Origin: a virus | Taxonomy: Duplodnaviria > Caudoviricetes | DNA: 42,486 nt | Strand: one strand, 5' to 3' | IMG/VR virus record: IMGVR_UViG_3300010362_000041 | Span: 1 to 42,486 of that record | Shown here: in pieces, positions 19,959 to 27,271 of the stretch | Layout of the letters: every line of letters begins with the position of its first letter | Numbering within the stretch: position 1 is the first letter of the stretch | The notes under the pieces: generated by a model | The model's input: the letters and a program-made list of their open reading frames with translations, nothing else | The model's database searches: none | Told to the model about the DNA's origin: nothing | Position numbers and translations under genes: made by a program

Positions 19959-20020
19959 AAAGCTTTCTCCTGGCAGAGGTTGATATTTACGAAAGAAAAA
20001 AGGCGTGCTACCCTGACATT

Positions 20021-20098
20021 GACAGAGATACACCGACCGCTGAACAAGTGCTACGAACCTGCCAAGAACGTCTTACTTGTTCAGCGGTTTCCTTTTTA
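20021..20098 (+). ncRNA. Putative ~80-nt antisense sRNA
   Basis: TTTACG-17-TACCCT promoter with TG extension (19986-20014); perfect 14-bp stem 20036-20049/20075-20088 followed by T-tract. Confidence 0.5.
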
Positions 20099-20206
20099 TC
20101 TTCCAACGGCCAAACCATTAATATACAATATGCTGTAGACGTTCAAGCACATAATGCGCTCTATTGTGGTCTGCGCCTACTGGCGTATTAGGTTCCACCT
20201 CCACAT

Positions 20207-20296
20207 TCATGGCGGAACTTCGATGATGATGGTGATCCACCCTATCTTGATTTTGATGATTATGCTGCGGTAACCCAAACTACTCCTATGCTTCAT
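20207..20296 (-). CDS. 29-aa microprotein MKHRSSLGYRSIIIKIKIGWITIIIEVPP
   Basis: GGGAGG SD close to ATG; Ile-rich composition. Confidence 0.4.
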   Translation of the reverse strand: MKHRSSLGYRSIIIKIKIGWITIIIEVPP

Positions 20297-20435
20297 ATTC
20301 CTCCCGTTAAAATCTTACACACCTATGATTTACCGCTAGGGATTGAAAAATGGTGATGGCTCGGATAGGATATGGCCGAAACCATGCACCGCCCAAGCGG
20401 TGTTTATTGTGCGTCACACATTAGGTTTCTACGTG

Positions 20436-20468
20436 ATGGCCAACGCGGTCACCTCCGCAGTTGGCCAT
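20436..20468 (-). terminator. Hairpin after 274-aa gene
   Basis: ATGGCCAAC.GCGG...CCGC.GTTGGCCAT inverted repeat 2 nt after stop. Confidence 0.65.
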
Positions 20469-20470
20469 TT

Positions 20471-21295
20471 CTATGCAACCAGTTTGTACTGATTGCCCAC
20501 CTTCTCAAACTCCTTTCCGTTCCTCAACGTGCCATGTATGGAAATGGGCTTAACGGCTTGTCCAAGTTTCTCGCTCATCGCTTGGATGATAGAGTCAGCC
20601 GTATGTAATTCCCCATCTTGCATAAACTCACGGATGGCCACCCTAACTGGGCTTAGTTCTGGTTGTTTTACATCTTCTGGCACTACGATCCGCTTTCTCT
20701 CAGGTACGTTGCGCGGCTTCAATTTTGAGGTTTGTTTCTTTTTGGGCTTTACGGCCTTCACCTTGGCGGTAACTCTCCCATTACGAGACTGTTTCACCTT
20801 GGGCTTATTCTTGGCCGTAGTCTTCGATCCTGATGATTTCGCGTTTCCGTAGAAGGATCGCAGGCCAATATAGCCATTACCGACACTGACGAAATCTTGC
20901 CAATTATTTCTGAGCAAGGCGACGGATAGGGTTCTTTTCGGGTCTATTCCGCCCACCTTACAGCCGCCCATTCTCAAAACATCTAGCAATTCATCTAGCG
21001 CGACGGCGTGGCCAACTCTGGTCAGATAGTCTCTCGCCGCTTCGCCGTGCGATTTAGTGAAGTACTCATCTGGACGGATGTCGAGCCTTTTCGAGTTCGC
21101 GTATGTGTTACGCTCGGTATTAAGACCTGCAGTGAAAATAGGCAAGTTGAGGATTGCTGAGTCTTCAGCCTCTACTTCAAGCTCCTGCTCAAGCTGCCGG
21201 ATGGTTTGCACCATGGGTTGAAGCTCATCGAGCTTCTTTTGCAGTTGCTGCTCAAAATACTTCAATGTCTGTCTGAGGGAATCTTGTGATTCCAT
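20471..21295 (-). CDS. Moron protein: coiled coil + winged-helix-like domain + Lys-rich linker + second winged-helix-like domain
   Basis: GGAGGT SD, own promoter and terminator, lower GC; IRPDEYF..SHGEAARDYL...LLDVLRMGG...DFVSVGNGYIGL and AIREFM..GELHTADSII...SIHGTL...EFEKVGNQYKL. Confidence 0.7.
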   Translation of the reverse strand: MESQDSLRQTLKYFEQQLQKKLDELQPMVQTIRQLEQELEVEAEDSAILNLPIFTAGLNTERNTYANSKRLDIRPDEYFTKSHGEAARDYLTRVGHAVALDELLDVLRMGGCKVGGIDPKRTLSVALLRNNWQDFVSVGNGYIGLRSFYGNAKSSGSKTTAKNKPKVKQSRNGRVTAKVKAVKPKKKQTSKLKPRNVPERKRIVVPEDVKQPELSPVRVAIREFMQDGELHTADSIIQAMSEKLGQAVKPISIHGTLRNGKEFEKVGNQYKLVA

Positions 21296-21336
21296 GTATC
21301 ACCTCCAAACTTTGAGTTTATCGTGCGTCGCCGCAG

Positions 21337-21366
21337 ATTATGCCAGCGCAGATGAGAAGGCGTCAA
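21337..21366 (-). promoter_or_regulatory. Promoter of 274-aa moron gene
   Basis: TTGACG-18 nt-CATAAT with TG extension. Confidence 0.7.
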
Positions 21367-21621
21367 GAGGAACGTAATTTGCCTTCCGCGAAGACTTGCA
21401 AACAAGCAGGTAGTGAGGCAATACGATTCCATCGTATTCACCTTAAACCCTGTATATTACAATAGATGCAGGCTTGAATTCTCCCGACACTGTGTCGTAG
21501 AACCTACGGGTTTATCACCTGAATTTATTTATTGAATAATGGCCGACTATCGTTGATTCGAGATGATGCAGGCGTATTTTAGGTAAATGCCAGATTTTGT
21601 AACCCTGTCGTGGAACTGCTC

Positions 21622-21976
21622 TCAAGACAGCGAAGGCCAGAAGATCTCTCTTCCGGCCTTCGCTGTTTCTGACGTATCAGGATGTGTTCTCTCACTTGCT
21701 GTTTGAGATGCATCCTCCTTGCCGCACCACGCCTTGAAGGGTTGTCTTTACAGATCAACCAACCGCAGTCCCCTCGGCAGGAGACGCTTCCCCCGCTCAG
21801 ACTCTTTTGCCAGGAGCGTACTCTGGCGGAAAGGATACTCACGGGAAACAGGTCGCTATCCGCCGTCAGACGGATGCCGAATTAAAGCGGTCAAGAGTAT
21901 CCACTACATCAACCAAGACTTAAGCTTGGCCATAGTTGATACCCTCCTTTCAGCAACAATGATTGCTCATCGCGCC
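21622..21976 (-). ncRNA. Putative ~350-nt structured RNA containing a 9-codon ORF (21904-21933)
   Basis: Extended -10 TGtTAAGAT at 21983-21991; at least six consecutive stems with G-U pairs only on the minus strand; GNRA loops; 18-bp terminal hairpin 21627-21666. Confidence 0.6.
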
Positions 21977-22148
21977 GCACGCATCTTAACACAAACAGAA
22001 ATCGAGCACTCAGTAATTGACCGTGACATATAAAAATGTCAGTGCGACATCGAGCGCGGATTGATGTTTACAGGGTGTTTGAATGCCGAGTTTACCAAGC
22101 GCAATGGCGGCAGCCTTGTTCTCCGTCGTCGGCGACATTATCAGAAAT

Positions 22149-23597
22149 CTACCGAACGATCAGAGATTTTCTCGCCCCTCCGATCGCTGGCGCATCTTCC
22201 GGATCGATCAACCGTGCCATCAGGCCATATCGCGCAGCGTCGGCCGGGTCATCGCCGCCCATTCCTTCATCGTCAATATCCCACTTCAATACATCCTCGG
22301 GCTTGTTCGGATTATGTTGAAGCGCGGGAATACATTCGATCAGCCGCTCGCAGTCCCTCGCGATCTTGAGCCGAGCGGGGATTGGGTTTTCCGCCCGGCC
22401 CGGGTCGCCGAGCAGGTCGAGCATCTCGCCCCAGCCTGAAATGCGGTCATTCGGAGCGGCGACCATATACACGCCGTGCGCCTCGTACTGCTGTGCGATA
22501 GTTTTCGCGTTCTCGTCACCTTTGTTCGCGAAGACGTCCGGCCCAGCGAAAACCGGAATGTCGGGAATGTCCCTGCCGTGTTTGGCCGCGATCCGCCGCA
22601 TCGCTCCGGCATGGTCTCGCGGAAGCTTTTTAGCCTCGACGTGTTCGCCGGTGATAATGATCTCGCCGTCGAACTCGGTCAGCAGGTAGAACGCCGACGG
22701 GTGAGTGAAGCCGTAGTCGAACGCGCCCCACACAGGCCAGTGGGCCGGAATGATGAACGGCTCGCAGGTGTGCTCGTCGTAATTCCAGGTCGAGAAGTAC
22801 TGGCCGGCGGCGATGTCCCAGTCGCCGAATCTATACGCGCGCAGCTTCCAGCCGGTGTTGTCTTCGAGCTTCTTCGTATACCCGGCGTCCACAAACCTGT
22901 TGTCGTCCACAGTAGCGAAGATAAAGCGCGTGTCGGTCTCGCAGGCTTTCCGCGCCGGCATAATAAATCGCTCCTTGAACCAGACATGGCCGATGTTGCC
23001 CGGATTCGTCGTGGCGTAAATCCGAGGCCGCCAGTTCGGCTTCGATGTGCGGTTCGAGTCCCTGAGTGTTTTGTACTTGGACAGACTGAGCGTCGTGGCC
23101 TCTTCGATCACGATCACGTCATATTCGAGGCCTAGGTATTGATCGACCTCGGCTTCCGTCCTGAAGTGGCCGATTACGATCCGCGAGTCATTGGCGAAGG
23201 TGATTATGCCCTGGCGGTTGTAATCGTGCGGGACGTGCCGGAGTACGTTACGGCGCAGGTCCTCGAACTGCTCGCGGGCGTTCTTCGCCACCTTGCGAAT
23301 ATAGAGAGTCTTCAGGCCTTCGCAGCGCTGCGAATCGTCGAGCGCGACCTGGGCGAAGGCGGCATGCGATTTTCCTGGCCCCCTCGCGCCTCCGAATCCG
23401 ATCTGATCCGGACCGCCAGGCAGATCGGCGAGTCTGCAAGCGGCATGGAATTGGAGTTGCTTCGGCTGCGGAATGTAATGGCCGCGGAAGAAGTTTTTGA
23501 TCTGATCTCGAGGCGCGCCGAGTTCGCGCGCAGTTATGGCGCATTCCGTCGCGAGCGTTTCAATATGCCGGAGCTGGCTATTTTTTGCCTTTGCCAT
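22149..23597 (-). CDS. terL: Terminase large subunit
   Basis: GGARGPGKS Walker A, VIVIEEAT Walker B, TTNPG, FDYGFTHP nuclease, DDPADAARY. Confidence 0.97.
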   Translation of the reverse strand: MAKAKNSQLRHIETLATECAITARELGAPRDQIKNFFRGHYIPQPKQLQFHAACRLADLPGGPDQIGFGGARGPGKSHAAFAQVALDDSQRCEGLKTLYIRKVAKNAREQFEDLRRNVLRHVPHDYNRQGIITFANDSRIVIGHFRTEAEVDQYLGLEYDVIVIEEATTLSLSKYKTLRDSNRTSKPNWRPRIYATTNPGNIGHVWFKERFIMPARKACETDTRFIFATVDDNRFVDAGYTKKLEDNTGWKLRAYRFGDWDIAAGQYFSTWNYDEHTCEPFIIPAHWPVWGAFDYGFTHPSAFYLLTEFDGEIIITGEHVEAKKLPRDHAGAMRRIAAKHGRDIPDIPVFAGPDVFANKGDENAKTIAQQYEAHGVYMVAAPNDRISGWGEMLDLLGDPGRAENPIPARLKIARDCERLIECIPALQHNPNKPEDVLKWDIDDEGMGGDDPADAARYGLMARLIDPEDAPAIGGARKSLIVR

Positions 23598-23991
23598 AGG
23601 CCTTATCGAGCGCAGCGGCGAGCGGATCGAGTAACGGCTTGCCGCCGCTCGTCACGTCAACCTCCGAGCGCTCTCTGTATTTGTCCGGCTTGTGCGCCTT
23701 CAGGAGAAAGATCATCAGGAGATCGCTCTTCTTCTTTGCGCGCTGCCAGGCCTCGGCCTCGAGGATCTCGATTGCGGCTTCCTTCGCGTCTTCCCATTGA
23801 GCGGCGAATTCGGGCATCTGCTTTTTGTGTTCATATGCGGTTTCTCTGGTGATCCCCGCCCCCTTGCATGACAGCGTCACATTGCAGGTCGTGCCAAGCA
23901 GTTCAATGAATCGAGGATGCCATGACGTATCAACCGGCTTTTTGCCTTTGCCCTTTTTTTTAGGTGTCAGATTGGTCAGTTTCTCACCCAT
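23578..23991 (-). CDS. terS: Terminase small subunit
   Basis: N-terminal HTH; EAEAWQRA..SDLLMIFLLKAHKPDKYRE; overlaps terL start. Confidence 0.88.
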   Translation of the reverse strand: MGEKLTNLTPKKKGKGKKPVDTSWHPRFIELLGTTCNVTLSCKGAGITRETAYEHKKQMPEFAAQWEDAKEAAIEILEAEAWQRAKKKSDLLMIFLLKAHKPDKYRERSEVDVTSGGKPLLDPLAAALDKAYGKGKK

Positions 23992-25198
23992 CCAGACGCT
24001 CTAATAACTCGGCTTTCTTGCCCGTTTCCGCTTCCCATCGCGAGAGGATCACGTTGACGTATTTCGGCTCGATCTCGATAACGCGGGCAGTCCTAGATGT
24101 GCGTTGACACGCAACCAACGTCGTGCCCGAACCGCCGAATGGTTCGTAAATCAAGTTGCCAACATCTGTAAAATCACTGATCAGCGTCTCCCATAGTTTG
24201 AGAATCTTAGGCGTGGGGTGCAATTCGTTAAGCGGTTGTCCGTCATGAAACTGCATGCCTATTGGGATGTCATAAATATCCTGGCCTATCTTCTTTTTCG
24301 GCTTATTGTAAATCAGTATAGGCTCCCAAGCCTGGAAGCCTCCAATGCACGAGTGTGTCGTCGTGTTCTTCTTGACCCAAATGGCCATCCAGTACGGCAT
24401 TCCTATTGCGAACCACAACGGGAAGTTGACTAGACCTCTACCTGTACCGGGCGTAAAAACTAAGCCATCTGCATTTTGTAGCGCCAATGCAGACCACTGA
24501 CGCGAAAACTCCTGATATTCCACAAATGACTGCTGATCAGAATAATTCTCACCATAACTAATCCCCACGTTATATGGCGGATCAGTGATGGATGCTGCGG
24601 CCTTCTGCCCCACCATCAACCGCTCCACATCCTCCGCTTTCGTGCTATCACCGCACAACACACGATGCTCACCACATGCCCAGATGTCGCCATACATCAC
24701 GCGAGTCTGCTCTTCGTCGGGCGCCATGTCGAAATCGTCGCCCCCGGCGCCGGGAGCTTTGCTTTCATTGCCAAAATACAGTCCGCTCTCTTCCGCAACG
24801 TCACTGAGCAGTTTCTGCAACGCGGCGTCGCCCGTCGAGACCTCGCGCAAAAGCTGATCCAGCATCACGCGGGATTGCTCGGCTTGCCAGCCAATCGGAT
24901 CGAATGTGGCGACCGCCAGATCCGCCTCCGCGTCCGTCAGGTCGTAAATATCCACATCCCATTCGGCGTTCGGATCGAGTGACTGCCGACCGTGGCCGTC
25001 GAAGAACACGAGGGCGCCGCCAGCGCGTTCTGAGCGGTAGGCTTTGAGGTCGTCGAGCTTGCCGACCGTTTCCAACAAGCCACGCAGCGGCGCGAGCTGG
25101 CCCTCGGGGTGAATCTTCGGATTCATCGGATGCGGCAGAACATCGCCGACTCGCATCCGCCGGGTCTCGACTTTTCGATCTCTCCATTTTTCGCTCAT
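23984..25198 (-). CDS. DNA methyltransferase (N6/N4 beta class) with ParB-like N-terminus
   Basis: HPMNPKIH N-terminus; HRVLCGDST, TDPPY, HPTPK, YEPFGGSGTT motifs. Confidence 0.92.
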   Translation of the reverse strand: MSEKWRDRKVETRRMRVGDVLPHPMNPKIHPEGQLAPLRGLLETVGKLDDLKAYRSERAGGALVFFDGHGRQSLDPNAEWDVDIYDLTDAEADLAVATFDPIGWQAEQSRVMLDQLLREVSTGDAALQKLLSDVAEESGLYFGNESKAPGAGGDDFDMAPDEEQTRVMYGDIWACGEHRVLCGDSTKAEDVERLMVGQKAAASITDPPYNVGISYGENYSDQQSFVEYQEFSRQWSALALQNADGLVFTPGTGRGLVNFPLWFAIGMPYWMAIWVKKNTTTHSCIGGFQAWEPILIYNKPKKKIGQDIYDIPIGMQFHDGQPLNELHPTPKILKLWETLISDFTDVGNLIYEPFGGSGTTLVACQRTSRTARVIEIEPKYVNVILSRWEAETGKKAELLERLDG

Positions 25199-25644
25199 CT
25201 GCGAACTCCGATCAGGATTACGACGACGACGGCCACGCCGGCGACGAGCGCGAATTTACGCGCGCGCTTCAGTTTGCCTTCGAGGCTGGCGATCCGCTTC
25301 TCCTGCAGGTCAATCTTTCCGGTAAGCGCCTGGATCTTCTCGCGCTCGGCGTCGATTACGGCCTGGAGCTTCTCCGCGCGATCGGCCTCGAGGCCGGAAA
25401 GCTCTCTGAGCGACTCGACCTCTTTCCGCGCGATCTCGATCCTCTCGGCGGCCGCGGTGATCTCTCGCTCGTAGCCTTCGATTAGCTTCCTTGCCGCCGC
25501 AAGTTCGACGGCCGCGGCCGAGCAGGCGCGGGCAAGTTTGGCGCAGTCGTCATCGGCACGGGTGGTCGAGTCTTGCCAGTTGCGCGCAAACGCTGGCGAC
25601 GGAAGTGTCAGCAGGAGCGACAGGGACAGAGCGAGCTTTCTCAT
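25195..25644 (-). CDS. Signal peptide + coiled coil + C-terminal TM protein (spanin-like)
   Basis: MRKLALSLSLLLTLPSPAFA signal; C-terminal FALVAGVAVVVVILIGV. Confidence 0.55.
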   Translation of the reverse strand: MRKLALSLSLLLTLPSPAFARNWQDSTTRADDDCAKLARACSAAAVELAAARKLIEGYEREITAAAERIEIARKEVESLRELSGLEADRAEKLQAVIDAEREKIQALTGKIDLQEKRIASLEGKLKRARKFALVAGVAVVVVILIGVRR

Positions 25645-25990
25645 AATCTCCTTTCAACGTAACGTTGACATTTCGGATACTCTCGAGCGCCGATTCGGCG
25701 GCCTTGGCGCGGATCTCCAGATCGCGCGCTTCGGCTTTCTTCGCCGCGATCTCGCCTTTAAGATCGGCGTTCTCGGCCTCTAACTTTTCAACCCGGGCGT
25801 CGGCGTCTCGAATTTGCTGATCGAGCGCCTGGACGTGCTTCTCGTATCGCCATTGCTTAAAGCGCTCGACGCCGGCGACGATCAGTAAGAGCGCGATCAG
25901 CGTCGCCGTTAGCCTCAGAAGCCACTTGATCAGTCTGGCGCGATTCTCGCGGGCGTACTGTTCGATTCTGAAGAGAAAATTCCTAAGCAT
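25550..25990 (-). CDS. N-terminal TM + coiled coil protein (i-spanin/Rz-like)
   Basis: Single TM LTATLIALLLIVAGV then coiled coil; overlaps next gene. Confidence 0.55.
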   Translation of the reverse strand: MLRNFLFRIEQYARENRARLIKWLLRLTATLIALLLIVAGVERFKQWRYEKHVQALDQQIRDADARVEKLEAENADLKGEIAAKKAEARDLEIRAKAAESALESIRNVNVTLKGDYEKARSVPVAPADTSVASVCAQLARLDHPCR

Positions 25991-25992
25991 AG

Positions 25993-26295
25993 TTACCTCG
26001 GCGACCGCAGTTCGCTGATAAGTTGCTTTACCTCGGCGACCGCCTCTTTGAAATCGGTTCGCAGTGAGGAGATCTCCGATTTCAGCTCCTCGCGCGTTAC
26101 GAATACGGCGGACGCCCCTTCGAGCTTCGAGACGCTTTCGCGAACTGGCGCCACGATCCGCCTCTCGAAGTCGTCGAACTTCCGTTGAGTGCTAAGAGTT
26201 GAGGCGAACCAGCCGATCGCCGCAAATAACAGAGCCTTGATTGCCTCTCCGAAAAGGTCGGTGGGGGTTATCATCGTTTGAATTTTTACTCCCAT
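25993..26295 (-). CDS. Small membrane protein (holin-like?)
   Basis: GAGGT SD; one hydrophobic helix then FVTREELK coiled coil; precedes spanin-like pair. Confidence 0.45.
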   Translation of the reverse strand: MGVKIQTMITPTDLFGEAIKALLFAAIGWFASTLSTQRKFDDFERRIVAPVRESVSKLEGASAVFVTREELKSEISSLRTDFKEAVAEVKQLISELRSPR

Positions 26296-26336
26296 GAGCA
26301 CCTCATTCCGGGGGATGGGTGTTTTTACTTCAGCAG

Positions 26337-26379
26337 AAAAAAGAAAAAGCGCCGCGCGGCCCTGCGGACCGCTGGCGCT
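26337..26379 (-). terminator. Intrinsic terminator after Com-like gene
   Basis: AGCGCCAGCGGTCC-GCA-GGGCCGCGCGGCGCT then TTTTCTTTTTT. Confidence 0.8.
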
Positions 26380-26406
26380 CGGTGGCGCGAAATATCTCGG
26401 CGTCAA

Positions 26407-26655
26407 TTAGAGGCGCTCAGATTTTTCAGGATTCGAGTCTATGTCAGGCTCTCGCGCCGCTTCAAGAGAAATTTGAACGACGACATAGACGCTGACGCGG
26501 CGTCGGAGCATATGAGCGCGGCGTCGGCGCGTACAGCGTCGGCATTTTATCCTGACCGAAAAAGCCTCGCGCGTCGGAGTGATCTCAAACAGAACCAATT
26601 TACACTTGGGGCATCGGATCGGGGCGAGCTTGAGTTCTTTCTGTGAGGTATTCAT
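26407..26655 (-). CDS. Com-like zinc-finger regulator
   Basis: IRCPKCKLVLF...VRIKCRRC matches the Mu Com zinc-ribbon pattern; very basic. Confidence 0.75.
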   Translation of the reverse strand: MNTSQKELKLAPIRCPKCKLVLFEITPTREAFSVRIKCRRCTRRRRAHMLRRRVSVYVVVQISLEAAREPDIDSNPEKSERL

Positions 26656-26747
26656 TTTGCGTTTAAATCGCCTCCATTGAGTTCATGGCTATTGTCCTCG
26701 CGGCGGAGGGCGATCGTTTAAAATCGCCCGGTTTCCGCCTGGGCCTG

Positions 26748-26885
26748 CTATGCAGTAGAAGCGGACTTCGCTTTCGATTTCGGCCTCGCTCTATACGCCG
26801 GAACTCGTCTGTCTCTATAGCCCCAGCTCCAACCAGGAGGCAGAGGCCTCAAGGCCGAGTCGGCTTTCTTGTCAGTCGTGATCAT
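26748..26885 (-). CDS. 45-aa hypothetical protein
   Basis: AAAGGAGA SD; MITTDKKADSALRPLPPGWSWGYRDRR... Confidence 0.45.
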   Translation of the reverse strand: MITTDKKADSALRPLPPGWSWGYRDRRVPAYRARPKSKAKSASTA

Positions 26886-26930
26886 TGCGATTCTCCTTTG
26901 TTTTCTGTGCCTTCGGCTTTTGCTGAAAAT

Positions 26931-27226
26931 TTGTCGCCTGTGTGGCGACGGATAGGCGACAAGACTGGCGACAAGTTAATTACTCTATTTAATATAGATA
27001 GATATTGTTTATATGCCTTGTCGCCTGTGTCGCCACTAAAATTTTTTCTCCCATGCGCGAGGATGAAATAAAAAACGAGCTACTTCGATTTTTATCAAAT
27101 GCCTCATGTAGGGAATTTTTTGGACAGGCGACACAGGCGACAAACGCGAAAACCGGATTTAAAGGCAATGGCGTCAACAAAACAGTTGTCGCCACAAGTG
27201 TCGCCTGAGCGTCGCCACTGTCGCCA
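26931..27226. repeat. Putative phage replication origin: TGTCGCC iterons in both orientations around an AT-rich core
   Basis: About a dozen tgtcgcc/ggcgaca-type copies flanking AT-rich 26975-27015, directly after the primase-helicase gene. Confidence 0.7.
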
Positions 27227-27271
27227 CTCTTCCGGAGCTTCGTATGAGATCTCGAGCGCCTCGAGGCGCAC

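Noticed and set aside
21579-21842. 87-aa minus-strand ORF (and 26989-27291 over the origin)
   Set aside because: No SD or protein-like features; they run through RNA hairpins or iterons
26931-27226. Possible CRISPR array
   Set aside because: Repeats are 7 bp, in mixed orientation, irregularly spaced; no cas genes
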